Shown one piece after another: positions 8,558-17,466 of a DNA stretch of 24,128 nt. The notes beneath the pieces are model-generated. The model was given only the letters and a program-made list of their open reading frames with translations. It had not been told where the DNA came from and ran no database searches. How positions within the stretch are numbered: position 1 is the stretch's first letter; each line of letters begins with the position of its first letter. This stretch comes from a virus (Duplodnaviria > Heunggongvirae > Uroviricota > Caudoviricetes): the IMG/VR virus record IMGVR_UViG_2529293139_000010. One strand, given 5' to 3'. A program made the translations under genes and the position numbers.

Positions 8558-9301
8558 TTAACTGGCTTTCTTTTTCGGGCGTCCACGTTTTGCCGGTGTC
8601 GCACTCCGGGTCTTACGCGGGGCGCGGGTGGCCGCTTTTGGCTGTGGCTCCGGCTTCGGTTTCAGCTCCCGCTCCAGTCGTTCAATCTCTTTTTTGACGC
8701 CTGCCTGACAGTCGAGCTGTGTCGCACGTTGCAGGTGCGCCAGCGCACCTGCGGCATCACCACCGTCACGCAGAAACAGACCGGTGATTTTGTGCAGCTT
8801 TGCGCGCACTTCATCAGGCATGTCAGCCGTGGCGGTCAGTTCAAGGGTGTCCGTCAGCAGGCGCGTATCCACAGACTCACCGGCAGCGTGGGCACGCATG
8901 GCCGCAAGCGCCACCTCCTCGGTGAACATGTACGGCGGGGTGCGACGGTGTTTACCCGGCATGGTCAGACCGTACTTCAGGGCATAACGGGCAATCTCCA
9001 GCGCACCGGCAATATCGCCGGTATCCAGACGCCACAGCATGACCGTCATCAGAATGTCATCCTGTGCACCTTTGCCCTGCTCCAGCACGCCGTTCACCCA
9101 CGGCAACCAGAACGGCAGCAGTTCGCGCTTTTTCGCGGCCTTCAGCTCTTTTGAATAAATCGCTTTCAGTGTGCGCTGGTCTGCGGCGAGCTTAACCAGC
9201 ATCTGCTCATAGACAGTTGCATGTCGCAGCGGGGCGGCTTCCCGCTGCGCGGTCATCGCTGCCGAGACCCGCATCATGTGGCGCTGTGCGGGACTCGTCA
9301 T
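8558..9301 (-). CDS. M: Terminase small (endonuclease) subunit (P2 gpM-like)
   Basis: ORF track 8558..9301 (-), 247 aa, basic Lys/Arg/Pro-rich C-terminus; position after capsid gene N. Confidence 0.85.
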   Translation of the reverse strand: MTSPAQRHMMRVSAAMTAQREAAPLRHATVYEQMLVKLAADQRTLKAIYSKELKAAKKRELLPFWLPWVNGVLEQGKGAQDDILMTVMLWRLDTGDIAGALEIARYALKYGLTMPGKHRRTPPYMFTEEVALAAMRAHAAGESVDTRLLTDTLELTATADMPDEVRAKLHKITGLFLRDGGDAAGALAHLQRATQLDCQAGVKKEIERLERELKPKPEPQPKAATRAPRKTRSATPAKRGRPKKKAS

Positions 9302-9304
9302 CGG

Positions 9305-10378
9305 TTACGCTCCCGACTCTGCGGTCGCTTTAGCCGGTGTGGAGAAATCACCGACCTTAATTTTTTCCACCAGACAACCGGCGGCGTAGTCTTCCACCAC
9401 GTAATCAATGTTCATTGACTCGTAGTTCTCCACGCGGTCGAGTTTCGGGTTTTCCTCAATCACGCGGCGATGGCTGTCATCCATGTAGTAGATGGACAGG
9501 TTTTCCAGCTTCGTGATGAGCATCGCATCCGCCGGGAAGTACGGGACGCGTACCGCCGGCAGGTTACCGATGCGTTTCTGGCTGATGATGACGTCAGCGG
9601 CCAGCATTTCGCTGTTGTCCTGCTCCTTGTTGACGATGGGGAAATACTTGTCCGCCAGTAGCTGACGCCCCACAATCACCACAAGGTCAGGGTCTTCCTG
9701 ATACCACGGCTCAATCAGGTTGTTGGTCGCATCCATCACCAGTGCATCGAGGCTGACATAATCACCGCCCTTACCCACGCGGATGACCTCAGAGGTCGTG
9801 TGACCTTCCTCGTCAGTAACCTTGCTCATCACGCGCGCCGGGGCTTCATTGCGGTATTTCTGCAGCCAGCCGACCGCCACATCCTGCAGCATCTGGTTAC
9901 TGCTGCGGTCAGAGGTTTCGGCACGCCTCACGCCGTTAAAACCGGCCATGATGAAATCAAGGGACTGGCGTTTGATAATGGCGTTACGGACACGGAGCTG
10001 GAAATCCTGATAACGCGCCCACAGGTCAAGTGTTTTGTAGCGGATATAAAAATCGAAGTTAATCTGGTCGCATTCGTACTTGTTTGACGCCAGCTTCGAG
10101 AAGTCCTTCGGCTGACGCTCGGTGCCACCGGCGGTGTCGGTGGTGCTGGCGATGGAGCCGGTGACACCGATGCCAATTTTTTCCCCTTTCATTTCGCTGA
10201 CCGGCACAATGTTGATGCGGGTCAGAAAGTCAGAGGACTCCTGCATGGTGTTCATCAGGGTCTGGGTGACCGACGGTTCAACGGTAAATTTTTTCGACAC
10301 ATCACCGGCGTCGATGCCGTTCAGTTCGGCAACACGGGACAGGTAGGCATTAAATTTAAAGCGGGTTTCCTGGCGCAT
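9305..10378 (-). CDS. N: Major capsid protein (P2 gpN-like)
   Basis: ORF track 9305..10378 (-), 357 aa (length I recall for P2 N); O-N-M order. Confidence 0.9.
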   Translation of the reverse strand: MRQETRFKFNAYLSRVAELNGIDAGDVSKKFTVEPSVTQTLMNTMQESSDFLTRINIVPVSEMKGEKIGIGVTGSIASTTDTAGGTERQPKDFSKLASNKYECDQINFDFYIRYKTLDLWARYQDFQLRVRNAIIKRQSLDFIMAGFNGVRRAETSDRSSNQMLQDVAVGWLQKYRNEAPARVMSKVTDEEGHTTSEVIRVGKGGDYVSLDALVMDATNNLIEPWYQEDPDLVVIVGRQLLADKYFPIVNKEQDNSEMLAADVIISQKRIGNLPAVRVPYFPADAMLITKLENLSIYYMDDSHRRVIEENPKLDRVENYESMNIDYVVEDYAAGCLVEKIKVGDFSTPAKATAESGA

Positions 10379-10436
10379 AGTTTTTCCTGAAATTAAGGGT
10401 TAATCGTGAAGGTTTTCCCGGACTGACTGACGCCGG

Positions 10437-11291
10437 TCAGCAGTTCGTCATCAGGGCGTCACCGCCACCACCGGTGGCCTTGCTGCGGCGCTGCTGGGTC
10501 AGACTTTCGGTGTGGTCGAGACTGTTTTTCAGGCGGGTGAATGCCTGGCTGGTTTCATCCGCCCTGTCAGTCACCTCCTGCTTAAGTGCAGAAAAGGCGG
10601 TTTCCATCTCAGCGAGGCGCTGCTCAGTGGCGCTCAGTTTTTCCTGCACATGTTCAGCAACAGCGGTCACCGCTTCATGCACGTCATTCAGACGGGCATC
10701 ATCGCTGGCCTGTTTGCGGCCAAAAATGGACTTCACCTTTTCGGTCAGGGCGGTGAACACGGTTTCAGGCAGGTCTTCAAATTCCAGCTCAACAGGCGTT
10801 GCCACTGAAATCAGGTTTTCAGGGCTTAATTTGAAGCGATTCAGGGGGTTGTGTTTTGCCGTGCGGCAGAATTCCAGGTATTCCGTGCCGAGGCTTGCCG
10901 GGTCATCGGTGACGGCCAGCCCCACCAGATAACATTTGCCGGTGTTGGCAAAGTTCGGCTGAATTTCCATTGAGGTGTAGACCTTCTGCGCGGCCTTGTT
11001 CATCGCGATAAGGTCATCGGTCGGGGTGATTTTCGCAAACAGCGCCCATTTGCCTTTCAGCGCCGAATCGTCATCAATCTTTTCGGCCTTCAGTTCGGCC
11101 ACATCGCCATAACGCTTAAAAATACCGTCAGGCAGGATGCCGCGCAGATGTTCCAGGTTAATGCGGCAACCATAGACACGCGGGTCAAAGGTTTCGGCCA
11201 TTTCCTGAATATCCTGCGCACTGATGACACGCCCGTCACAGGTGTCACCCTCAACGCCGATACGAAAGAATTTTGATGCTTTTTTTGCCAT
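10437..11291 (-). CDS. O: Capsid scaffolding protein / protease (P2 gpO-like)
   Basis: Track ORF 10437..11357 (-); start placed at internal Met MAKKASKFFRIGVEGDTCDGR..., matching the P2 O N-terminus as I recall it and giving 284 aa. Confidence 0.85.
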   Translation of the reverse strand: MAKKASKFFRIGVEGDTCDGRVISAQDIQEMAETFDPRVYGCRINLEHLRGILPDGIFKRYGDVAELKAEKIDDDSALKGKWALFAKITPTDDLIAMNKAAQKVYTSMEIQPNFANTGKCYLVGLAVTDDPASLGTEYLEFCRTAKHNPLNRFKLSPENLISVATPVELEFEDLPETVFTALTEKVKSIFGRKQASDDARLNDVHEAVTAVAEHVQEKLSATEQRLAEMETAFSALKQEVTDRADETSQAFTRLKNSLDHTESLTQQRRSKATGGGGDALMTNC

Positions 11292-11464
11292 TGTCAGGAG
11301 TCCTGAATAGTGATTAGAGGAGTCACATGTCGGCATCAGTTTCCCGACGATGCGCATCCTCCGCCATCAGTCCCGGATGGCTTATCACTGACACAACAGC
11401 ACCTTAGCGAATCGCGGGGCGCGACTCAGTAGCCTTGCCGTGTATTCATCACGGCGAGGTATTC
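11292..11464. promoter_or_regulatory. Divergent late-promoter region between O (minus) and P-Q (plus)
   Basis: Intergenic between divergently oriented O and P; in P2 this interval carries the Ogr-dependent late promoters. A partial dyad TGTCGG-N10-CCGACG is visible around 11330-11352. Individual promoter elements not resolved. Confidence 0.4.
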
Positions 11465-13237
11465 ATGACCATCACCACAGACACCACTCTTTTACACGAC
11501 CCGCGTCGTCAGGCGGCGCTGCTGTACTGGCAGGGGTTTTCCGTGCCGCAGATTGCCGCCATGTTGCAGATGAAACGCCCGACGGTGCAGAGCTGGAAAC
11601 AGCGCGACGGCTGGGACAGCGTTGCCCCCATCAGCCGTGTCGAAATGAGTCTGGAAGCGCGACTGACCCAGCTCATCATCAAACCGCAGAAAACCGGCGG
11701 TGACTTCAAGGAAATTGACCTGCTCGGACGCCAGATTGAACGACTGGCACGGGTCAACCGCTACAGCCAGACCGGCAACGAGGCAGACCTTAATCCGAAC
11801 GTCGCTAACCGCAACAAAGGCGGGCGTCGCAAACCGAAAAAGAATTTTTTCAGTGACGAGGCCATCGAAAAGCTGGAGCAGATTTTCTTTGAGCAGTCTT
11901 TCGAATATCAGTTGCACTGGTATCGCGCCGGGCTTGAGCACCGCATCCGCGATATCCTGAAATCCCGCCAGATTGGCGCGACGTTTTATTTTTCCCGCGA
12001 GGCGCTGCTGCGCGCCCTGAAAACCGGTCATAACCAGATTTTTCTGTCGGCCAGTAAAACGCAGGCGTATGTGTTCCGTGAATACATCATCGCCTTTGCC
12101 CGGCTGGTTGACGTTGACCTGACCGGTGACCCGATTGTCCTGGGCAATAACGGCGCAAAACTGATTTTTCTCGGCACCAACTCCAACACCGCACAGAGCC
12201 ATAACGGCGACCTGTACGTCGACGAGATTTTCTGGATCCCGAATTTTCAGGTACTGCGTAAGGTGGCATCAGGTATGGCCTCACAGAGTCACCTGCGCTC
12301 GACCTATTTCTCCACCCCGTCCACGCTGGCGCACGACGCCTACCCGTTCTGGTCGGGTGAACTGTTCAACCGGGGACGCGCCAGCGCCGCCGAACGCGTG
12401 GAAATCGACGTCAGTCATAACGCCCTTGCCGGTGGGCTTCTCTGTGCGGACGGCCAGTGGCGGCAGATTGTCACCATTGAGGACGCCCTGAAAGGTGGCT
12501 GCACGTTGTTCGACATTGAGCAGCTCAAACGCGAAAACAGCGCCGACGATTTTAAAAACCTGTTCATGTGTGAATTTGTTGACGACAAGGCGTCAGTGTT
12601 CCCGTTCGAGGAGCTGCAACGCTGCATGGTCGACACGCTGGAAGAATGGGAAGACTATGCGCCGTTTGCCACCAATCCGTTCGGCTCCCGCCCGGTATGG
12701 ATTGGTTACGACCCGTCACACCGTGGCGACAGCGCCGGATGCGTGGTGCTGGCACCGCCGGTGGTGGCCGGTGGCAAATTCAGAATACTTGAGCGCCATC
12801 AGTGGAAAGGCATGGACTTTGCCACCCAGGCGGAATCCATCCGCAAACTCACCGAAAAATACAACGTCGAATACATCGGTATTGATGCCACCGGCCTCGG
12901 TGTCGGCGTGTTCCAGCTCGTGCGCTCGTTCTATCCCGCCGCGCGCGACATCCGCTACACGCCGGAAATGAAAACCGCAATGGTGCTCAAGGCAAAAGAC
13001 GTTATCCGCCGTGGCTGTCTGGAATATGACGTCAGCGCCACCGACATCACCAGCTCGTTTATGGCTATCCGCAAGACCATGACCAGCAGCGGACGCAGCG
13101 CCACCTATGAGGCCAGCCGCAGCGAGGAAGCCAGCCACGCCGACCTCGCCTGGGCGACCATGCACGCCCTGTTAAATGAGCCACTCACCGCCGGTATCAG
13201 CACCCCGCTGACATCCACCATTCTGGAGTTTTACTGA
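11465..13237 (+). CDS. P: Terminase large (ATPase) subunit (P2 gpP-like)
   Basis: Track ORF 11435..13237 (+); start placed at the ATG at 11465 (MTITTDTTLLHD...), giving 590 aa as I recall for P2 P; stop overlaps the Q start (TGATG). Confidence 0.9.
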   Translation: MTITTDTTLLHDPRRQAALLYWQGFSVPQIAAMLQMKRPTVQSWKQRDGWDSVAPISRVEMSLEARLTQLIIKPQKTGGDFKEIDLLGRQIERLARVNRYSQTGNEADLNPNVANRNKGGRRKPKKNFFSDEAIEKLEQIFFEQSFEYQLHWYRAGLEHRIRDILKSRQIGATFYFSREALLRALKTGHNQIFLSASKTQAYVFREYIIAFARLVDVDLTGDPIVLGNNGAKLIFLGTNSNTAQSHNGDLYVDEIFWIPNFQVLRKVASGMASQSHLRSTYFSTPSTLAHDAYPFWSGELFNRGRASAAERVEIDVSHNALAGGLLCADGQWRQIVTIEDALKGGCTLFDIEQLKRENSADDFKNLFMCEFVDDKASVFPFEELQRCMVDTLEEWEDYAPFATNPFGSRPVWIGYDPSHRGDSAGCVVLAPPVVAGGKFRILERHQWKGMDFATQAESIRKLTEKYNVEYIGIDATGLGVGVFQLVRSFYPAARDIRYTPEMKTAMVLKAKDVIRRGCLEYDVSATDITSSFMAIRKTMTSSGRSATYEASRSEEASHADLAWATMHALLNEPLTAGISTPLTSTILEFY

Positions 13238-14271
13238 TGAGCAAGAAAAAAGGGAAAACATCGCGACCTGCGGCAAAAACAATGACCGCCAGCGCCCCGA
13301 AAATGGAGGCATTCACCTTTGGTGAGCCGGTGCCGGTACTCGACCGCCGTGACATTCTGGATTACGTCGAGTGCATCAGTAACGGCAGATGGTATGAGCC
13401 ACCGGTCAGCTTTACCGGTCTGGCAAAAAGCCTGCGTGCTGCCGTGCATCACAGCTCACCGATTTACGTCAAACGTAATATTCTGGCCTCGACATTTATC
13501 CCGCATCCGTGGCTTTCCCAGCAGGATTTCAGCCGCTTTGTGCTGGATTTTCTGGTGTTCGGTAATGCGTTTCTGGAAAAGCGATACAGCACCACCGGTA
13601 AGGTCATCAGACTGGAAACCTCACCGGCAAAATATACCCGCCGTGGTGTGGAGGAGGATGTTTACTGGTGGGTGCCGTCCTTCAACGAGCCGACACCTTT
13701 CACGCCCGGCTCCGTGTTTCATCTGCTGGAGCCGGATATTAATCAGGAGCTGTACGGCCTGCCGGAATATCTCAGCGCCCTTAACTCTGCCTGGCTGAAT
13801 GAGTCGGCCACGCTGTTCCGCCGCAAGTATTACGAAAACGGCGCACATGCCGGATACATCATGTACGTCACTGATGCCGTGCAGGATCGCAACGATATCG
13901 AAATGCTCCGCGAAAACATGGTGAAGTCGAAAGGCCGCAACAACTTTAAAAATCTGTTTCTCTATGCCCCACAGGGGAAAGCCGACGGCATTAAAATTAT
14001 CCCGCTCAGTGAAGTCGCAACGAAGGACGATTTTTTTAATATCAAAAAAGCCAGCGCCGCTGACCTGCTGGACGCGCACCGCATCCCCTTTCAGTTGATG
14101 GGCGGCAAGCCGGAGAACGTCGGGTCGCTGGGTGATATTGAGAAAGTGGCAAAGGTCTTTGTCCGCAATGAGCTTATCCCGCTACAGGACAGGATCCGCG
14201 AGATAAACGGCTGGCTCGGTCAGGAGGTCATCCGCTTTAAAAACTACTCACTAGATACTTGCGATACCTAA
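13237..14271 (+). CDS. Q: Portal protein (P2 gpQ-like)
   Basis: ORF track 13237..14271 (+), 344 aa (length I recall for P2 Q); coupled to P. Confidence 0.9.
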   Translation: MSKKKGKTSRPAAKTMTASAPKMEAFTFGEPVPVLDRRDILDYVECISNGRWYEPPVSFTGLAKSLRAAVHHSSPIYVKRNILASTFIPHPWLSQQDFSRFVLDFLVFGNAFLEKRYSTTGKVIRLETSPAKYTRRGVEEDVYWWVPSFNEPTPFTPGSVFHLLEPDINQELYGLPEYLSALNSAWLNESATLFRRKYYENGAHAGYIMYVTDAVQDRNDIEMLRENMVKSKGRNNFKNLFLYAPQGKADGIKIIPLSEVATKDDFFNIKKASAADLLDAHRIPFQLMGGKPENVGSLGDIEKVAKVFVRNELIPLQDRIREINGWLGQEVIRFKNYSLDTCDT

Positions 14272-14315
14272 TATATAAACTCGGATATGCCATTCATAAT
14301 GGCACGACACCTTAA

Positions 14316-14348
14316 AACGGCACTATAAGCAACGACCATAGTGCCGTT
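14316..14348. terminator. Perfect 11-bp-stem hairpin between convergent Q and cargo gene 2 (AACGGCACTAT-N11-ATAGTGCCGTT)
   Basis: 14316-14326 is the exact reverse complement of 14338-14348. Sits between the Q stop (14271) and the cargo operon stop (14363). No strong U-run, so terminator role is inferred. Confidence 0.35.
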
Positions 14349-14362
14349 CAATAACCAAGAAA

Positions 14363-15454
14363 TCATCCCATTTCAGCCAACAACCGTCCTATATTTGAGC
14401 GCAAGATTTCCTTTTTACTCTCATCAAAAACTCCTTGAATAGTGGATAACAAAACTTCAACCAGTTTATCTCGCCTACTATCCTCAGCAAAAATTTTTAT
14501 TATATTTGAAAATTCAGATTTAAATTCACGATGAATGAAAAGAAGCACATAACTAATATTATTATAGTGTTCAATATCAATTTCTGAATTCTCAATAGAT
14601 TCCTCATTGACCTTTCTTTTTAAAAGCGATGCAAGCCTAATAACATCTCCTTGCCTTGCTTGATTATCTCCAATGATAATAGCCAAAGTATCAATCAAAC
14701 TACTGGAACTTTCTTTAAAGAAATATTCTTCTGATATAGTTGCTAAAACACCATCCTTTAACGATTCCGATGATATTTTTAAACCCACCAAGGAAAGACG
14801 TTCAATTGCTCTTTGAGGGGTATAAACCAACCATTCAGCATGTCTCCTTTCATTTCTTACTATGCTTCTCAATAGATATTGAGATCTATCAAGTGTTATT
14901 AGCATGGGAGTACTGAAGTAACCATTGGAATCAAGATGTAGGGTTTCATCACTCAAAGTTGCAGCACATATAACATCATTTTCTATGGCTCGAGCGGGAC
15001 GTGAAGAATTCAAATCCCTTTTAAGTTTTTGCTTTATTTTAAATACAAAGTCTTGTGACACCGAGTCTTTATTATCAATTACAACAATATTTGCTGACGC
15101 TAGTAAATTATGAATGCATTGCGCAAATGTGTCATGCTTATACCCCGCATAAATATCATCTTTATCCAACCCTAGAAAAGCATAAGTAAAATCGTAAAAA
15201 TCTGTACGTTTAGGCTGTTTGTTTTTCCACCGCATATAAACATTAAAGTATACATTTTTCGACTCACCAAGTTGACTAATTAAATCTTCAGTTACAAACT
15301 GACTTAATTTTTCAGCTTCAGAGTAGTGCCTTGCAGTTTCTTCAAAATGTTCATTAGAAACTCTCAGATGTTTATTTTTGAGGGGATTTATGCACTCTCT
15401 CAGTAAATTTATATTTTTAATCGACTTATCAAAAAGCTCAAAATCTCCAAACAT
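14363..15454 (-). CDS. Cargo gene 2 of a two-gene AT-rich operon; hypothetical protein (about 363 aa), no recognisable motifs
   Basis: Track ORF 14363..15466 (-) uses a TTG; the first ATG is the rev-comp of 15452-15454, 8 nt after the stop of the upstream gene. Very AT-rich, Lys/Asn/Ile/Glu-rich. No Shine-Dalgarno seen, suggesting translational coupling. Confidence 0.7.
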   Translation of the reverse strand: MFGDFELFDKSIKNINLLRECINPLKNKHLRVSNEHFEETARHYSEAEKLSQFVTEDLISQLGESKNVYFNVYMRWKNKQPKRTDFYDFTYAFLGLDKDDIYAGYKHDTFAQCIHNLLASANIVVIDNKDSVSQDFVFKIKQKLKRDLNSSRPARAIENDVICAATLSDETLHLDSNGYFSTPMLITLDRSQYLLRSIVRNERRHAEWLVYTPQRAIERLSLVGLKISSESLKDGVLATISEEYFFKESSSSLIDTLAIIIGDNQARQGDVIRLASLLKRKVNEESIENSEIDIEHYNNISYVLLFIHREFKSEFSNIIKIFAEDSRRDKLVEVLLSTIQGVFDESKKEILRSNIGRLLAEMG

Positions 15455-15462
15455 AAGAGTTA

Positions 15463-16623
15463 TCAAATATGGAATAAGAACAGGCGCATCAAAGTAGATA
15501 TAAAAATTTTATTTTCAATATATTTCTCTAATTTCCGATCACTTAACAGATTCACACATAATTTAGCAGAGCAATGCTCGGATAAATAGTCATTTTGACC
15601 AGCCAACTCCATTAGCTTTTTTGCTAAAGCATCCGAAGACTCATCATCCAAATCATATTCCTGCCGTATCAACACCTTTAAATTATGTACTATAGTTTTG
15701 AATATCTGTAATTTTGGAGGCTCAAATTTACTTTCTGTTAATTGGACATTTATTGATTCTTCATAAGCCTTTATTATTAAATCAACAACTTGAACAGCCA
15801 GATTCTTACTTGTATTTCTGGGCAACTCATTATTTATTACTGATAACAACTCTTCTTTTCTGACAATTTCACGGAGATTTATATTCTCAAGCTTTTTAAT
15901 TTCCTCTGGTGACAGGCTATATATACCATCATTCAATCTAATTTTATTTTGATGAATTAGGTTTTGCAGTCTACCCTGTAAACTACGTTTTGTAAGACTA
16001 ACACCTTTTAGATTCTCTAGAATATCATCAGCAGACTTCCCGCCATCATATAAATTAGACATAATACTAGCTTTTATTATTTCATTTTTTAAATTAGCAC
16101 TATCTTTGCTTAACAATAAATATTCATAAAATGCTCTTTGTTGCAAGTTAATTGCATCTTCAGTATTAGAACTTATCTTATGTATATCTTTTATTAAGTA
16201 ATTCAATAACCCTGGGTATTTATCTGTAATATCTTGAGAGATCCGTTTGGCATCATAAAACTCCAATCTAATCAAATCTTCCTTAAGAGCATTTGTTCTT
16301 ATCTTATCCAATAAATGCTCAGATATTGAATGACTCCAAAAAAAATATAATACAGGCGGGTAATAATGATCATCAACCAATTTCGCCACTTTTTTAATAT
16401 CTTGAGCAATCTTACTTTCAATATTTTTCTCTTGAATAGATATTTGTACAGCTTGCTTTAACTCTCTATTCCCCTTTTTTATTACCAAATCCTTTCCATT
16501 ATCCCAAGGACCACCGATCAGATATGTTTCACCACCAAATAACTCATTTGCATATAGTTTTATAAGGTTTTCGAAATCAGATTCAACCGAGATAGAGCTT
16601 AATAACTTAGAGTTATTATTCAT
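15463..16623 (-). CDS. Cargo gene 1 of the two-gene AT-rich operon; hypothetical protein (about 386 aa) with an N-terminal Mrr/NERD-like (PD-(D/E)xK-type) nuclease motif
   Basis: Track ORF 15463..16629 (-); start placed at the ATG (rev-comp of 16621-16623) preceded by AAGGA at good spacing. N-terminus FENLIKLYANELFGGETYLIGGPWDNGKDLVIKK...AVQISIQEK resembles the Mrr catalytic pattern (D-x-G-x-D ... Q-x-K) by eye. Rest is helical-looking and K/E/N-rich. Confidence 0.7.
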   Translation of the reverse strand: MNNNSKLLSSISVESDFENLIKLYANELFGGETYLIGGPWDNGKDLVIKKGNRELKQAVQISIQEKNIESKIAQDIKKVAKLVDDHYYPPVLYFFWSHSISEHLLDKIRTNALKEDLIRLEFYDAKRISQDITDKYPGLLNYLIKDIHKISSNTEDAINLQQRAFYEYLLLSKDSANLKNEIIKASIMSNLYDGGKSADDILENLKGVSLTKRSLQGRLQNLIHQNKIRLNDGIYSLSPEEIKKLENINLREIVRKEELLSVINNELPRNTSKNLAVQVVDLIIKAYEESINVQLTESKFEPPKLQIFKTIVHNLKVLIRQEYDLDDESSDALAKKLMELAGQNDYLSEHCSAKLCVNLLSDRKLEKYIENKIFISTLMRLFLFHI

Positions 16624-16783
16624 AACCAATCCTTTTAATGTCTTTACTCTTATATTTTAAGATAATTTTCAACTTATCTGCATTACATGAGACAATAGCA
16701 TAGGACTGTAGGATTTGCTCTGCCCTTCAATCATTTTGTGTCTTAGCTTATGTCACAAATATTTCAAGAACATTTTGCGCGCA

Positions 16784-16802
16784 GTGCTTTCCCCGCCTCG
16801 CC
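16784..16802. other. cos site: 19-nt cohesive-end sequence identical to that of phage P2 (reverse complement of GGCGAGGCGGGGAAAGCAC)
   Basis: Plus strand reads GTGCTTTCCCCGCCTCGCC at 16784-16802, the exact reverse complement of the P2 cohesive end as I recall it; lies between portal Q and replication gene A as expected for a P2-type prophage. Confidence 0.75.
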
Positions 16803-17086
16803 CGCCCGCTTCACGGGGCGGTTTTAATGCAGTTGCATAGATACTATGGATCCGCACCAGTCCTGACCGCACGCAGCCTGAACGGACATCCCCAACGCAT
16901 GCAAAAACATTCACTTGTTGCATGCATAGCTTTTTAAGTACGCCATACCGCAACTGTACATTTTTAAGCAATTGGCAACTTTAAAAAATTTACATTGCTT
17001 TCAAGACCTTATCATCCGTAGTCTCTGTTTTTTACTTTGAGCTACATCAATAAAATCTCAAACATGTTTAATGCAAAGCCCTTGTT

Positions 17087-17136
17087 ACACAACATAGAAT
17101 GTATGTCTAGAAACAACGACATACTATATGTTGTGT
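17087..17136. repeat. 50-bp imperfect palindrome (ACACAACATA-gaat-GTATGTC-N10-GACATAC-tata-TGTTGTGT) followed by a T5 run
   Basis: Read directly: 17087-17096 is the reverse complement of 17127-17136 (TATGTTGTGT), and 17101-17107 of 17118-17124. Could fold as a long hairpin (terminator or structured RNA) or serve as an operator. Confidence 0.5.
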
Positions 17137-17202
17137 TTTTCCGGCTCTCTGTTCGGTGATATGCCAAATCACTTTGCGTTTAAACAGAGCATTATTTCAG
17201 GG

Positions 17203-17217
17203 CAAGACTTCGCTCAA
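17203..17217 (+). repeat. 15-bp direct repeat copy 1 (CAAGACTTCGCTCAA)
   Basis: Exact 15-mer also present at 17467-17481; the two copies bracket the small ORF and its terminator. Confidence 0.6.
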
Positions 17218-17280
17218 AAGTCATTCCACCTAAGAAGCGCATATACCGGTGGAAGTTGCCCTCTACTTACAGGAGGCAAT

Positions 17281-17394
17281 ATGAAGAAATGCTATTACTG
17301 CATTCTCGTTCTGGCCCTCTTTGGCTATCCAAACGGTAGTCCGAGTGGTTTGTCAGTAAACGTCAGTAATATCAATGTCAGCATTATGCTTTAA
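17281..17394 (+). CDS. Candidate small hydrophobic protein (37 aa, MKKCYYCILVLALFGYPNGSPSGLSVNVSNINVSIML)
   Basis: AGGAGG at 17271-17276, 4 nt before the ATG at 17281; hydrophobic N-terminal half; stop at 17392-17394, followed 12 nt later by a canonical intrinsic terminator. The track lists it only as the 3' part of a longer alternative-start ORF 17128..17394. Confidence 0.4.
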   Translation: MKKCYYCILVLALFGYPNGSPSGLSVNVSNINVSIML

Positions 17395-17406
17395 TATGCT
17401 TCAAAC

Positions 17407-17436
17407 AAAAAAACCACCTGCCAGGGTGGTTTTTTT
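17407..17436. terminator. Bidirectional rho-independent terminator (A7 - GC-rich stem-loop - T7)
   Basis: AAAAAAA CCACCTG-C-CAGGGTGG TTTTTTT: stem CCACC/GGTGG with a short loop, flanked by an A-run upstream and a T-run downstream, so it can terminate transcripts from both strands (small ORF on plus; A operon on minus). Confidence 0.7.
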
Positions 17437-17466
17437 GCGCCCATCATCAATACGATGAAAGACTGA

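Noticed and set aside
16500-16520. GGPWDNGKD in cargo gene 1 as a possible Walker A (P-loop) motif
   Set aside because: The residue after Lys is Asp rather than Ser/Thr, and the context fits the D-x-G-x-D strand of an Mrr-like nuclease core better than an NTPase P-loop.
16753-16971. 72-aa minus-strand ORF spanning the cos site
   Set aside because: Overlaps the cohesive-end sequence in GC-rich packaging DNA, uses no convincing start or RBS, and would be cut in the linear virion genome.
17128-17394. 88-aa version of the small ORF with an upstream alternative start
   Set aside because: No RBS at the upstream start, whereas the internal ATG at 17281 has a perfect AGGAGG; the short 37-aa version is preferred.
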